Shown: positions 1 to 10,324, numbered from the stretch's first letter. The stretch: DNA of 32,000 bases from Corynebacterium glutamicum ATCC 13032 (GCF_000011325.1 NC_003450.3:720001-752000), one strand, 5' to 3'. Made by a program: numbers and translations. The notes: generated by a model not told the origin, from the letters alone.

Positions 1-352
<352 letters not shown>

Positions 353-543
353 TAATAACTCCTGATTTAAATTGATGACTCAGTGGGTAGACACATAGTT
401 GCCTGACCAATAGTGAATATTCTTGCACACTCAACCCCGAAGAACTCAACCAGATATGAGGACTTACTCATATTCTGGGGGAATTCTTCTGTTTTAGGCA
501 GGAAATATGGCTTATGTTCAGGCAAAAAGGGGATACGCCTATT

Positions 544-1449
544 CTATGACACCGAAACGTTATTTTTGGTGTTTTCGCCAGTTTCGATCGGCATGCGAAC
601 CATATTGCCCCATTCTGCCCACGATCCGTCATAGTTTCGGACGTTGTTGAAACCGAGCAGATACTTCAGCACGAACCAGGTGTGGGCCGCGCGGTCGCCA
701 ACCTGGCAGTAGACAACGGTATCGTCAGCTGGGTTGAGATCGGCGTAGAGCTTGTCCAACTCTGCACGGGTGCGGAAGTTTCCGTTGGGAAGAACAGCGT
801 CCGACCAATCCAGGTTGATCGCGCCTGGGATGTGTCCACCACGAAGCACGCCGGTGTTTGAGGTTGGGTTGCCGTGCTCATCCAATCCGGAGAACTCCGA
901 AGGGGTCCTGACGTCGACAAGCGTCATGCCACCGGATTGCGTGAGCGAACCGAGCACCTCAGCCACGAACGCGCGCTGGTTTTCGTCGACACGCTCCACG
1001 ACGGGGTAGTTGGCGGAGGGGTACTCCGGAACCACGTAGGAGGTGTCGCGCTCTTCAGCCATCCACGCGTCGCGGCCGCCGTTGAGCAGGCGGACATCGG
1101 AGTGGCCGAACAGTTCGAAGACCCACAGGGTGAACGCAGCCCACCAGTTGGACTTGTCACCGTAGACAACAACGGTGTCATCGCGAGCGATGCCCTTGCG
1201 GTTCATCAGCTCAGCGAAAGCTTCACCGTCAATGAAATCGCGGGTGAGGGGATCGTTGAGGTCCTTTGCCCAGTCAATGCGCACAGCGCCGGGGAGGTGT
1301 CCGATATCGTAAAGAAGGGAATCTTCATTGGACTCCACAACCTTCAGACCAGGGGAGCCGAGGCGGGCGGAAAGCCAGGATGCAGACACGATCCTTTCAG
1401 GGTGTGCGTATTCCTCAAAAGCTGGGAATGGGTCGAACGGTGCTGCCAT
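544..1449 (-). CDS. thtR: Thiosulfate sulfurtransferase (tandem rhodanese domains, SseA/ThtR type)
   Basis: 301-aa ORF with an ATG start. It has two rhodanese repeats and the active-site context [12 protein letters not shown]. Its position between accBC and the maf/accE/accD block matches actinobacterial synteny (sseA next to accA3 in mycobacteria, from memory). Confidence 0.9.
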   Translation of the reverse strand: MAAPFDPFPAFEEYAHPERIVSASWLSARLGSPGLKVVESNEDSLLYDIGHLPGAVRIDWAKDLNDPLTRDFIDGEAFAELMNRKGIARDDTVVVYGDKSNWWAAFTLWVFELFGHSDVRLLNGGRDAWMAEERDTSYVVPEYPSANYPVVERVDENQRAFVAEVLGSLTQSGGMTLVDVRTPSEFSGLDEHGNPTSNTGVLRGGHIPGAINLDWSDAVLPNGNFRTRAELDKLYADLNPADDTVVYCQVGDRAAHTWFVLKYLLGFNNVRNYDGSWAEWGNMVRMPIETGENTKNNVSVS

Positions 1450-1776
1450 GTGGGGTCGCTGCCTTCCATAAACGAGTGCATAAATGGGTGAAAATTAAAT
1501 ACTGTATCCCAGCATATTGGTTAAAGGTGTTTGTGTCCTTAATTACTAGTGGCATAGTTGGGAAGCAAAGAACATCATCTGTGCTTTATTGTCTATTTTG
1601 TCAACGTGAAAATGCCCGGCGCTCAAGCTCACATTCAAGCGCTTCGAGGTTTCAGGGTTTCCCACGTTGAACATAGAAAACGTGTCTAAAAATTCAGTTT
1701 TTATTGCTGCTGATCACCTCTTGAAGAACTCAACCCAAAAGTGCTTCAAGTTATGAGAAAGTGAAATCCAACACCC

Positions 1777-2844
1777 ATGAAAAAGAGCATCGTTGTATTT
1801 GAAGTCGAAGGCGGCTCCGACAAGCACTTCGACGGTCACCGTAAAGACACCATGCCTATCGTCAACTCCATAAATGATGCTGGCTGGCAGGCAGAGGTTG
1901 TGTACTACCGCCCAGAGTGGACCGAAGGTCTCTTTGAGTACGTATCTGAAAACTTCGACGGCTACATCTCACGTGTCAACCCAGGCAACATCCCAGGCGG
2001 CGAGCGCGGCTACTTTGACCTGCTCACCCGCCTGTCCGAAGCAGGGCTCGTGGGCATGTCCACCCCTGAGGAAATGATGGCATACGGCGCGAAAGATGCG
2101 CTGGTCAAGCTATCCCAAACCGACCTGGTGCCATCCGACACCGAGGCGTACTACGACGTGGAGACCTTCCACAAGGTTTTCCCAACCTCCCTGTCCTTCG
2201 GTGAGCGCGTGCTCAAGCAAAACCGTGGCTCCACCGGCTCCGGCATTTGGCGCGTCCAGTTGGTAGACAAGGAACTGGCTGCATCCATCGAGCCAGGCAC
2301 CGCACTGCCATTGGACACTGAAATCAAGTGCACCGAAGCAGTCGACAACCACACTGAAGTCCGCAAGCTCGGCGAGTTCATGGATTTCTGTGACCAGTAC
2401 ATCATCGGCGACAACGGCATGCTCGTTGATATGCGTTTCATGCCACGCATCGTCGAAGGCGAAATCCGCATCCTTCTCGTCGGACCACACCCAGTGTTCG
2501 TCGTGCACAAGAAGCCAGCAGAAGGCGGCGACAACTTCTCCGCAACCCTGTTCTCCGGCGCGAAGTACACCTACGACAAGCCAGAGCAGTGGCAGGAACT
2601 GATTGACCTCTTCGCAGACGCTCGCCCAGTCATCGCAGAAAAGCTCGGCGGCGACAACATCCCATTGATCTGGACCGCAGACTTCATGCTCGGCGATGTC
2701 GTTGACGGCAAGGACACCTACGTGCTCGGTGAAATCAACTGCTCCTGCGTCGGCTTCACCTCCGAGCTGGACATGGGCATCCAGCAGCTTGTGGCATCAG
2801 AGGCCATCAAGCGCATCGAGGAATTCGCGCAGCTTACTGTTTAA
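1777..2844 (+). CDS. Conserved hypothetical protein, ATP-grasp-like (resembles what I recall as the Cj0069 family)
   Basis: 355-aa ORF with an ATG start and a protein-like composition. The motif VLKQNRGSTGSGIWRV resembles the ATP-grasp phosphate-binding loop. A strong terminator follows. The family name is from memory only. Confidence 0.7.
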   Translation: MKKSIVVFEVEGGSDKHFDGHRKDTMPIVNSINDAGWQAEVVYYRPEWTEGLFEYVSENFDGYISRVNPGNIPGGERGYFDLLTRLSEAGLVGMSTPEEMMAYGAKDALVKLSQTDLVPSDTEAYYDVETFHKVFPTSLSFGERVLKQNRGSTGSGIWRVQLVDKELAASIEPGTALPLDTEIKCTEAVDNHTEVRKLGEFMDFCDQYIIGDNGMLVDMRFMPRIVEGEIRILLVGPHPVFVVHKKPAEGGDNFSATLFSGAKYTYDKPEQWQELIDLFADARPVIAEKLGGDNIPLIWTADFMLGDVVDGKDTYVLGEINCSCVGFTSELDMGIQQLVASEAIKRIEEFAQLTV

Positions 2845-2861
2845 AACTTTGCTTCTCGACG

Positions 2862-2915
2862 TCTCCCTCCCGCACCTTGCCAGGCAAGGCGCGGGAGGGA
2901 GATTGTTTTATTTTT
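2862..2915. terminator. Bidirectional intrinsic terminator between convergent genes
   Basis: TCTCCCTCCCGCACCTTGCC / GGCAAGGCGCGGGAGGGAGA forms a ~20-bp stem with one mismatch and a very small loop (2862-2902). It is followed by TTGTTTTATTTTT. Confidence 0.75.
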
Positions 2916-2921
2916 GGTGGT

Positions 2922-3338
2922 TTATTTGTCGAGTAGGACTGCGACGGACTCTGGATCCGCATCAGAGAGCATCTGGCGGCAACGATCGTATTCGTTGTCC
3001 TCACCAATCAGCTTCGCAGCAAGAGCTAGGGAAGCGATAGCCCGCAACACTCCCTGGTTTGGCTCATGAGAGAAGGGGACAGGACCCCAACCCTTCCAAC
3101 CATTGGCACGCAGACGATCGAGACTGCGGTGGTAACCCGTGCGCGCAAAAGCGTAGGCCTGAATCTTCTCTTCATCATTTGATGCAGATTTGATAAGATT
3201 TTCAGCTCGGTACGCCCACACCAATGGGCTGTCAGGATGCGCAATCGCTGTCGAGGTCAAAGTTGGATCGGCGCCGAGGGCAGGATCTTCCGGAAGTTTT
3301 ACTGGAGGAGGGGCAAGCATGTCATTAATTTGAACCAT
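2922..3338 (-). CDS. Conserved actinobacterial protein, DUF3151-like
   Basis: 138-aa ORF with ATG at 3338. The motifs RTGYHRSLDRLRANGWKGWGPVPFSHEPNQG and EYDRCRQML match my recollection of DUF3151. Confidence 0.8.
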   Translation of the reverse strand: MVQINDMLAPPPVKLPEDPALGADPTLTSTAIAHPDSPLVWAYRAENLIKSASNDEEKIQAYAFARTGYHRSLDRLRANGWKGWGPVPFSHEPNQGVLRAIASLALAAKLIGEDNEYDRCRQMLSDADPESVAVLLDK

Positions 3339-3405
3339 GTCCCCAATCCTAACTTCAAAGGCAAGTGTGAGAAGATCATAGCGTTGTGCAGGATATGAAA
3401 AGAGG

Positions 3406-5562
3406 TTGTCGGTGGGAACGGCGAGAGGGCTTTCTCAAGTTCTGAAAGAAGCCAGACAAGGTGGAAAACCCACTTCAGCCACCCAGAAAGTTCCACGCTC
3501 CGGCTACAGATATGACCTCGATGGGCTCCGCGGCATCGCGATCGCCTTCGTAGTTTTGTTCCATGTTTTCGTCGGAAAAGTCTCCGGCGGTGTGGATGTC
3601 TTCCTGCTGCTGTCTGGCTATTTCTTCTTAGGGTCGCAATTGCGTTATGCAGATCGTCCAGATTCTTCCATCAACCCCTGGTGGCCGATTTGGCGCACGC
3701 TACGCAGATTACTTCCTGCGTTAGTGCTGGTGTTGGGCGTTTCCATGGTCCTCATCTTGGCGTGGGTGCCCAGACTGCAACGAATAGAAATAGCCAACCA
3801 AGCAGTAGCCAGCCTCTTCTATGTCCAAAACTGGGAGCTCGCATCCCAAGGTGCTGCCTACGGAGCAGCCTCTGCAGAAGTCAGTCCTTTCCAGCACTTG
3901 TGGTCCATGGCTGTGCAAGGGCAGTTCTACCTCTTTGCCATCTTGTTGAGCATGGCGATCATCCTGATTCGTCGATACCGCCCCGAATACTCCGCAGTGC
4001 GACTAGCGACTCCTGTGCTGGCAGTGCTCACATCCGTATCATTTTTCAGTGCAATCCTGTGGCATTTCATTGATCAATCAGTCAACTACTATTCCACCTT
4101 CACCAGGTTCTGGGAGCTCGGCCTTGGTGCACTATTGGTGCTGCATGCGCCTCGAATTTTGATTTCTGCGAAGACTAAATCAATACTCGCAGCCGTCGGT
4201 TTGTTTATGGTGCTATCCACTGGATTCTTCATGGATGGCGCAGAGACTTTCCCTGGATTCCCCGCGCTGTATCCCATCTTGGGTGCTTGCTTAGTCATCC
4301 TTGGCGACGGTAAAATCTCGGTCTTTCTCTCCCGAAAATGGATGCTTTGGCTCGGCGATATCGCCTACCCGCTCTACTTGTGGCACTGGCCTCTGCTGAT
4401 CATTTTCACCGCTTTGTTCAACCAAGAAGAGCCATCCATCTGGCTGGGTATCGCCGTGATTATGCTGTCCCTTGGCTTGGCGCAGCTGACTAACAAATAC
4501 GTAGAAAAACCAATGCAACAGCAGGGAAAGCGCCCACTATTTAGGGAATCCCGCAGTGCTGATGCTTTGCAAAAGCTGCGTTCCTCCAGGCCTGCCCGAA
4601 TGCGTGCGTATGCGGGTATCGCAGTAGTCGCAGTCGGTTTCGCCCTGACATCTACTCCGCAGGTGCTCTACCAACGAGTCCTCGATACCCAAATGAGTGA
4701 TCTCGATCCGGAGATCTACCCCGGTGCACTCTCCCTGGCGGGCTTCGATGCCCCCGAAGTAAAACCCAAACCAAACCCCTACGTGCTGGCCGATACCGTC
4801 TCACCCGCCTGGGCAAAAGGCTGCATGTCCGTCTTCGGCGACGATCCATCTGAACTAGCACCAGACAACTACGACGAAGATTACTGCGCTTTCGGCAACC
4901 CCAACTCACCCGTCGAGGTCTACCTCGTCGGCGGATCCCACGCCGAACAATGGATGGCACCACTCGACGCCCTAGGCAAGCAACACAACTTCAAAGTGAT
5001 CCCCCTCGTCCGCCAATCCTGCCCCACCTTCGTGGTGGAACTCGACGGAATTTTCAGCGACGACTGCATCGAATTCAACGAAAAAGTGATCGAACGCCTC
5101 GCAGAAGTAAAACCCGACCTCGTGGTCTCCAACTCCACCAGACCGCTCCTTGAAAAAGGCCGCGGCATCGACGAAGTGCCAGAATCATACATCACGCTGT
5201 GGGACTTCCTCGAAGCCGAAGACATCCCATTCATGGGACTCCGCGACAACCCGTGGTTCATCCAGCCAGGAGGCGAAGGATGGATGGTGTCCCAATGCTA
5301 CGAAGAAGAACAATCCTTGGTGGACTGCTCGATCACCAAAGACAACTTCTACGCACCAGTAGACCCCGCTGAAAAAGAACTAGCCATCAGAAACAATATG
5401 CTCGCAGTGGATACTTCACGATGGTTCTGCCCAGACGACCTGTGTATCCCAGTGATCGGCAATGTGTATGTATACCGCGACGGCAACCACATGTCCGATG
5501 AATACGCACAATCTTTGGCTCCATTCCTGTGGAGCAATATGCGCAGGCTTCTGGTCGCTTAG
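3406..5562 (+). CDS. wbpC: Membrane acyltransferase family 3 (OafA/YrhL-like) fused to a C-terminal SGNH-type extracytoplasmic domain
   Basis: 718-aa ORF. The N-terminal ~380 aa are polytopic, with DGLRGIAIAFVVLFH and YLWHWP acyltransferase-3 motifs. The C-terminal ~300 aa are soluble. The TTG start at 3406 is uncertain. The symbol is recalled from the C. glutamicum annotation. Confidence 0.85.
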   Translation: MSVGTARGLSQVLKEARQGGKPTSATQKVPRSGYRYDLDGLRGIAIAFVVLFHVFVGKVSGGVDVFLLLSGYFFLGSQLRYADRPDSSINPWWPIWRTLRRLLPALVLVLGVSMVLILAWVPRLQRIEIANQAVASLFYVQNWELASQGAAYGAASAEVSPFQHLWSMAVQGQFYLFAILLSMAIILIRRYRPEYSAVRLATPVLAVLTSVSFFSAILWHFIDQSVNYYSTFTRFWELGLGALLVLHAPRILISAKTKSILAAVGLFMVLSTGFFMDGAETFPGFPALYPILGACLVILGDGKISVFLSRKWMLWLGDIAYPLYLWHWPLLIIFTALFNQEEPSIWLGIAVIMLSLGLAQLTNKYVEKPMQQQGKRPLFRESRSADALQKLRSSRPARMRAYAGIAVVAVGFALTSTPQVLYQRVLDTQMSDLDPEIYPGALSLAGFDAPEVKPKPNPYVLADTVSPAWAKGCMSVFGDDPSELAPDNYDEDYCAFGNPNSPVEVYLVGGSHAEQWMAPLDALGKQHNFKVIPLVRQSCPTFVVELDGIFSDDCIEFNEKVIERLAEVKPDLVVSNSTRPLLEKGRGIDEVPESYITLWDFLEAEDIPFMGLRDNPWFIQPGGEGWMVSQCYEEEQSLVDCSITKDNFYAPVDPAEKELAIRNNMLAVDTSRWFCPDDLCIPVIGNVYVYRDGNHMSDEYAQSLAPFLWSNMRRLLVA

Positions 5563-5664
5563 GACTCTTTATATAGGCGGGGCTGTGTTAGGCCGTTAGA
5601 AGCGGTTCTGAGAGGTCTACTTCTTTGGGGATAAGTGCCGGACATAGCGTCGGACCAAACGAGA

Positions 5665-5715
5665 ATGCCCACGAATCCCTAAAGGGGAGTTCGTGGGCAT
5701 GTGTGTTTGGTTTCC
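5665..5715 (+). terminator. Intrinsic terminator downstream of the acyltransferase gene
   Basis: ATGCCCACGAA(TCCCTAAAGGGGAG)TTCGTGGGCAT is a perfect 11-bp stem, followed by GTGTGTTTGGTTT. Confidence 0.7.
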
Positions 5716-5807
5716 GAGCCTCAATACCGGTCACAGATGCCCACGGATGGGGAATTCATCGTTGGTGGGCACTGTGGTTTGGTGGGGGACTCGAGACAGA
5801 CCAGACA

Positions 5808-5849
5808 GGCGTGCCAAAACTCTCGACGAATCGAAAATCTTGGCACGCC
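5808..5849 (-). terminator. Hairpin immediately downstream of maf (terminator-like, weak U tract)
   Basis: GGCGTGCCAA-22 nt-TTGGCACGCC is a perfect 10-bp stem lying 20 nt after the maf stop on the minus strand. Confidence 0.5.
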
Positions 5850-5868
5850 TGTTTGGTGCGGAAAGTGT

Positions 5869-6462
5869 TTACATGTTCCAGAAGTCGCTGGCGTTGAAAC
5901 CGAGGCGGTACAAAGCACGGCGCACGACGGGGAGAGACAATCCGATCACGGATGAGGGGTCGCCTTCGATGGAATCGATGAACCAACCACCAAGTGCTTC
6001 GAGGGTGAACGCGCCTGCGCACTCTAAGGGTTCGCCGGAGTCGGCGTATCGCTCAATATCTACATCGCTGGCCTCGGCGAAATGAATGTTGGTGGAGGAG
6101 GACTCCACGATCACTTCATCGCCAAAGATGATGGCGTGGCCGGTGATCAGTGTGGCCTTGTTGCCGCGTTGTTGTTTCCATCTTTCGATGGTGGCTTCGC
6201 GGGTGTGCGGCTTGCCTTGGAGGGTGGCGTCGATAAGCAGCATGGAATCGCCACCGATGACGACGTCGCCCGGATAGGACGGCGCAACCACCTGTGCTTT
6301 AGCCAGCGCAAGCTGGCGGACGATCTCCTCCGGCGCAGAGCCGTTGAGGGAGTGAAGGAGCGCGTCCTCATCAACATCAGCTGGGTGGATGAGGGGCTCG
6401 ACGCCCGCCGAATTGAGGATTCTTCGGCGGGACGGGGACTGCGAAGCCAGAACGATCTGCAT
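5869..6462 (-). CDS. maf: Maf-like nucleoside triphosphate pyrophosphatase
   Basis: 197-aa ORF beginning MQIVLASQSPSRRRIL, with the motifs GGDSML and GAFTLE. It starts 4 nt after the accE stop. Confidence 0.9.
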   Translation of the reverse strand: MQIVLASQSPSRRRILNSAGVEPLIHPADVDEDALLHSLNGSAPEEIVRQLALAKAQVVAPSYPGDVVIGGDSMLLIDATLQGKPHTREATIERWKQQRGNKATLITGHAIIFGDEVIVESSSTNIHFAEASDVDIERYADSGEPLECAGAFTLEALGGWFIDSIEGDPSSVIGLSLPVVRRALYRLGFNASDFWNM

Positions 6463-6466
6463 GTAA

Positions 6467-6715
6467 CTAGAAGAAATTCACATTCTGAAACGCGCTGGGG
6501 TTAAACGTGTTCGGGCGAGACAGACGCTCATCCAGGTTGCCCCAGTTGTTGCGGTCCTTGCTTGCCGACACCATCTGCTGTGCAGCGGCAGCTTTAGCCA
6601 AACCAGCGAACACCACGGTCAAGGCAGCAACCTCTTGATCGGTTGGGTTGCCAGATACGATCTGCAGAAAAGGCTTCTCTGCAGCCTTGGTGTCCTGAGT
6701 GGTTTCTTCAGACAT
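6467..6715 (-). CDS. accE: Acyl-CoA carboxylase epsilon subunit
   Basis: 82-aa ORF containing LQIVSGNPTDQEVAALTVVFAGL, typical of ACC epsilon peptides. It lies directly downstream of a carboxyltransferase gene. Confidence 0.85.
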   Translation of the reverse strand: MSEETTQDTKAAEKPFLQIVSGNPTDQEVAALTVVFAGLAKAAAAQQMVSASKDRNNWGNLDERLSRPNTFNPSAFQNVNFF

Positions 6716-6738
6716 GGTTCTCCTTTAAAAAACAGTTT

Positions 6739-8352
6739 CTATAGTGGAATGTTACCGTGCTTTTTAGCAGGAACATTGACCACCTTGCGATCCAGCAGAC
6801 GCAGACCCTCAATGATCTGGCCGCGGGTCTCAGAAGGTGGGATAACGGCATCAACCAGGCCACGCTCAGCTGCGACATAAGGGTTGACCAGAGTTTCTTC
6901 GTACTCCTGCTCGTAGCCCTTCATGACCTCAGCAACGTCCTTGCCTTCGGTGGCAGCCTGCTTGAGTTCCTTACGGTAGATAAATCCAACAGCACCTGAA
7001 GCGCCCATGACGGCGATCTGTGCGGTAGGCCAAGCGAATACGAGGTCAGCGCCCATATCCTTGGAACCCATCACGCAGTACGCTCCGCCGTAGGACTTGC
7101 GGGTGATGACGGTGATCTTGCCGACGGTTGCTTCAGCGTAAGCGTAAAGCAGCTTTGCGCCGCGGCGGATGATGCCGTCGAATTCCTGGTTGGTGCCAGG
7201 CAGGAAGCCTGGAACGTCCACGAACTCAAGGATTGGGATGTTGAAGGCATCGCAGGTGCGGATGAAACGGGCAGCCTTCTCAGATGCCTTAATATCCAAG
7301 CAGCCAGCGAACTGGGTTGGCTGGTTAGCCACGATGCCAACAGAACGGCCCTCAACGCGAGCGAAGCCACACAGGATGTTCTCTGCGTAGTCTTCCTGGA
7401 TCTCGAAGAACTCGGCGTCGTCGACGATGCGGGAAATAACTTCCTTCATGTCATAAGGCTGGTTCGGGGAATCCGGGATGATGGTGTCCAATTCCAGATC
7501 CACATCGTTGATGTTTTCCTGGATGGAACCGATCATGATGTCGGCCTCCTGGCGAGGAGTTTCCGCACGGTTGTTGGATGGAAGATAAGAGGTCAGCTCG
7601 CGAACCCAATCCAAAGCATCTGAATCATCAGAAGCAGAGTAATGGGAGGTACCGGAGGTAGCCATGTGGGTGTGAGCGCCACCGAGCTCCTCCTGGGTGA
7701 CATCTTCACCGGTGACAGTCTTGATGACATCAGGGCCGGTGATAAACATCTTGGAAGTCTGATCCACCATGACGATGAAGTCAGTCAGAGCAGGGGAGTA
7801 CACGTGACCACCAGCGCAGGCACCCATGATCAAAGAGATCTGTGGGATAACGCCAGACGCCTGGGTGTTGCGGTAGAAGATCTGTGAGTACAGACCCAGA
7901 GACACAACACCTTCCTGGATACGCGCACCAGCACCCTCATTGATTCCGATCAAAGGCACACCGGTCTTGATCGCAAGATCCATAACCTTAACGATCTTTT
8001 CACCATAAACTTCACCCAAAGCGCCACCGAATACAGCGCCGTCCTGGGAGAACACACAGACCTTACGGCCATCGATGGTGCCGTAACCAGTCACAACACC
8101 GTCAGTAACTGGACGCTTGGCATCCAGGCCGAAGTTCTTGGAACGGTGACGAGCAAGAGCATCGATCTCTACGAAAGAGCCCTCATCGAGCAAATACTCG
8201 ATACGTTCGCGGGCAGTCTTCCTGCCAGCAGCGTGCACTTTTTCTACAGTTGCTTCGCCCATTGGAGCTTGAGCTTCTGCAAGACGGGAGCGAAGATCGG
8301 ACAGCTTTCCAGCCGTGGTGGTGAGGTCAGGTTTGGTCTGTGCTGCAGTCAT
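6739..8352 (-). CDS. accD2: Acyl-CoA carboxylase beta subunit (carboxyltransferase), DtsR2/AccD2
   Basis: 537-aa ORF with the full carboxyl_trans domain. It is a close paralogue of the next gene. I recognise it as DtsR2. Confidence 0.92.
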   Translation of the reverse strand: MTAAQTKPDLTTTAGKLSDLRSRLAEAQAPMGEATVEKVHAAGRKTARERIEYLLDEGSFVEIDALARHRSKNFGLDAKRPVTDGVVTGYGTIDGRKVCVFSQDGAVFGGALGEVYGEKIVKVMDLAIKTGVPLIGINEGAGARIQEGVVSLGLYSQIFYRNTQASGVIPQISLIMGACAGGHVYSPALTDFIVMVDQTSKMFITGPDVIKTVTGEDVTQEELGGAHTHMATSGTSHYSASDDSDALDWVRELTSYLPSNNRAETPRQEADIMIGSIQENINDVDLELDTIIPDSPNQPYDMKEVISRIVDDAEFFEIQEDYAENILCGFARVEGRSVGIVANQPTQFAGCLDIKASEKAARFIRTCDAFNIPILEFVDVPGFLPGTNQEFDGIIRRGAKLLYAYAEATVGKITVITRKSYGGAYCVMGSKDMGADLVFAWPTAQIAVMGASGAVGFIYRKELKQAATEGKDVAEVMKGYEQEYEETLVNPYVAAERGLVDAVIPPSETRGQIIEGLRLLDRKVVNVPAKKHGNIPL

Positions 8353-8548
8353 GGTTTCTTAGTCTAAATCCTGAAGGGTGAGAGTGAATAATGCGCTTGG
8401 TCGTGGTCGACGTACTTTGAAGGCGTTGTGCAGGGTTCTTGTGTGAACATACAAACGCCAAAATACGACCCACTTCGAGGGTTAATCCCCCTAACAAGGG
8501 ACTAATCGTTTCGCTAACCGGTTATATTAGCCCAGCGCCACCCCCCAT

Positions 8549-8617
8549 GTCTTAAAGATTGGGTGTAAAGAGTTGCCAATTTTCATTGGTATTTCTTTAC
8601 ACCCAATCATTTAAGAC
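8549..8617. repeat. Long near-perfect inverted repeat (23/24 nt arms, 22-nt spacer)
   Basis: GTCTTAAAGATTGGGTGTAAAGA (8549-8571) pairs with TCTTTACACCCAATCATTTAAGAC (8594-8617). The spacer contains the mini-palindrome CCAATtttcATTGG. Confidence 0.8.
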
Positions 8618-8621
8618 GGCC

Positions 8622-8675
8622 CTTATTGAACCCTTATTGAATTCTTATTGAATTCTTATTGAATTCTTTTGAACC
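8622..8675. repeat. 11-bp tandem repeat, about 5 copies (CTTATTGAAYY)
   Basis: The copies are CTTATTGAACC, then CTTATTGAATT three times, then a degenerate CTTTTGAACC. The array lies between the accD1 stop and the accD2 upstream region. Confidence 0.85.
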
Positions 8676-8692
8676 TTTATGGATTCGCCGAT

Positions 8693-10324
8693 TTACAGTG
8701 GCATGTTGCCGTGCTTGCGAGCAGGGCGAGTGACGTTCTTGTGCTTGAGCAGGCGAAGGTTGCGGGAAATCTGTCCGCGGGTTTCGCTTGGCAGGATCAC
8801 GGCGTCGATCAGGCCACGTTCTGCAGCGTGGTACGGGTTGAGCATGTGGTCTTCATACTCGCGCTCGAAGGACTTAGCCAGAGCTACGGTATCGAGGCCC
8901 TTGGCATCAGCTGCCATGAGCTCCTTGCGGTAGATGAATCCAACTGCGCCAGCAGCGCCCATGACGGCGATCTGTGCGGTTGGCCATGCAAGGTTGATGT
9001 CAGAGCCCAAGCCCTTGGAACCCATCACGCAGTACGCTCCGCCGTAAGCCTTACGCATGGTGACGGTGATCTTTGGAACGGTTGCTTCGCCGTATGCGTA
9101 GAGCAGCTTTGCGCCACGACGCAGAATGCCACCGTACTCCTGGCCTGCGCCTGGGAGGAAGCCGGGGACGTCGACAAGCATGACGATTGGGATGTTGAAC
9201 GCGTCGCAGGTGCGGACGAAGCGAGCTGCCTTCTCAGAGGAGTCGATGTCCAGGCAGCCAGCGAACTGGGTTGGCTGGTTGGCAACAAAGCCAACGGACT
9301 GGCCTTCGATGCGGCCGAATGCAATAACAACGTTTTCTGCGCGGTCTGCCTGGATTTCCAGGTATTCGCCATCGTCGGTGAGGCATTCGATGACATCGCG
9401 GACGTCGTAAGGAACGGTCGCGGAATCTGGGATGATCTCGTCGAGCTTCAGATCGTCAGCGGTGATGTTTTCTTCAACGCCGCCTTCTTCCTCGTCGAAG
9501 TCTTCCATCGGTGCGTAGGAGCGATTGTTGGATGGGAGGAAGGACACCAGGTCCTGTACCCAATCCAGTGCTTCCTCATCGGTCGCAGCGGTGTAGTGGG
9601 AGTTACCAGCGGTCACCATGTGGGTGGTTGCTCCGCCAAGCTCTTCCTGGGTGATTTCCTCGCCGGTGACGGTCTTGATCACGTCTGGGCCGGTAACGAA
9701 CATCTTGGAGGTCTTGTCCACCATGACCACGAAGTCGGTCAGAGCTGGGCCGTAAGCGTTGCCACCTGCACATGCGCCCATGATGACGGAGATCTGTGGG
9801 ATAACGCCAGAAGCCTGAATGTTTTGGTAGAAGGTCTGGGAAATGAAGTCCAGGGAGACAGCGCCGTCCTGAATACGAGCGCCAGCGCCTTCGTAAAGAC
9901 CGATCAATGGGCGGCCGGTGTCGATTGCCAGCTCCATGATCTTGATCATCTTTTCGCCGTACACCTCACCAAGCGCGCCACCGAATACGGTGCCGTCCTG
10001 CGAGAAGATGCAGACTTCGCGTCCATCAATGGTGCCCCAGCCGGTCACGATGCCGTCGGTTGCAGGACGCTTAGCGCCCAGGCCGAAAGCGGTGGTGCGG
10101 TGGCGAGCCAGCTGATCGGTCTCGATGAAGGAGCCCTCATCGAGTAAGTAATCCAAGCGCTCACGGGCAGTGAGGCGTCCAGCAGCGTGGACCTTCTCTA
10201 CTGCCTTTTCACCCATGGGGAAATGGGCTTCCGCGCGGCGAGCCTTAAGGTCGGCGATCTTGCCGGCAGTGGTGTTGATGTCTGGAAGGTTGGCGACGTC
10301 AATCAAAGGTGAGGAAATGGTCAT
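8693..10324 (-). CDS. accD1: Acetyl/propionyl-CoA carboxylase beta subunit (carboxyltransferase), DtsR1/AccD1
   Basis: 543-aa ORF beginning [30 protein letters not shown], recognised as DtsR1. It has the complete carboxyl_trans domain. Confidence 0.95.
   Translation of the reverse strand: MTISSPLIDVANLPDINTTAGKIADLKARRAEAHFPMGEKAVEKVHAAGRLTARERLDYLLDEGSFIETDQLARHRTTAFGLGAKRPATDGIVTGWGTIDGREVCIFSQDGTVFGGALGEVYGEKMIKIMELAIDTGRPLIGLYEGAGARIQDGAVSLDFISQTFYQNIQASGVIPQISVIMGACAGGNAYGPALTDFVVMVDKTSKMFVTGPDVIKTVTGEEITQEELGGATTHMVTAGNSHYTAATDEEALDWVQDLVSFLPSNNRSYAPMEDFDEEEGGVEENITADDLKLDEIIPDSATVPYDVRDVIECLTDDGEYLEIQADRAENVVIAFGRIEGQSVGFVANQPTQFAGCLDIDSSEKAARFVRTCDAFNIPIVMLVDVPGFLPGAGQEYGGILRRGAKLLYAYGEATVPKITVTMRKAYGGAYCVMGSKGLGSDINLAWPTAQIAVMGAAGAVGFIYRKELMAADAKGLDTVALAKSFEREYEDHMLNPYHAAERGLIDAVILPSETRGQISRNLRLLKHKNVTRPARKHGNMPL

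Noticed and set aside
439-451. Exact 13-mer GAAGAACTCAACC upstream of accBC and again at 1723-1735 upstream of the ATP-grasp-like gene, flanking thtR
   Set aside because: A rough N-squared over 4^13 estimate predicts on the order of ten chance 13-mer matches in a 32-kb window on both strands. There is no dyad symmetry or further copies, so it is too weak to call a regulator site.
5625-6085. Several 84-130-aa ORFs on both strands in the wbpC-maf spacer and the maf 3' region
   Set aside because: They overlap one another, the terminator hairpins and the maf coding region. They are Arg/Pro/Trp-rich with no start-site signals.
8622-8675. Considered whether the tandem repeats could be a CRISPR array
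   Set aside because: The units are only 11 bp and directly abutting, with no spacers and no cas genes nearby.
8669-10147. 492-aa ORF on the plus strand opposite accD1
   Set aside because: It is completely antisense to a well-conserved carboxyltransferase gene. The sequence is rich in A/G/V/D/H and low in complexity, with no recognisable domain. This is a typical shadow ORF of a GC-biased coding region.
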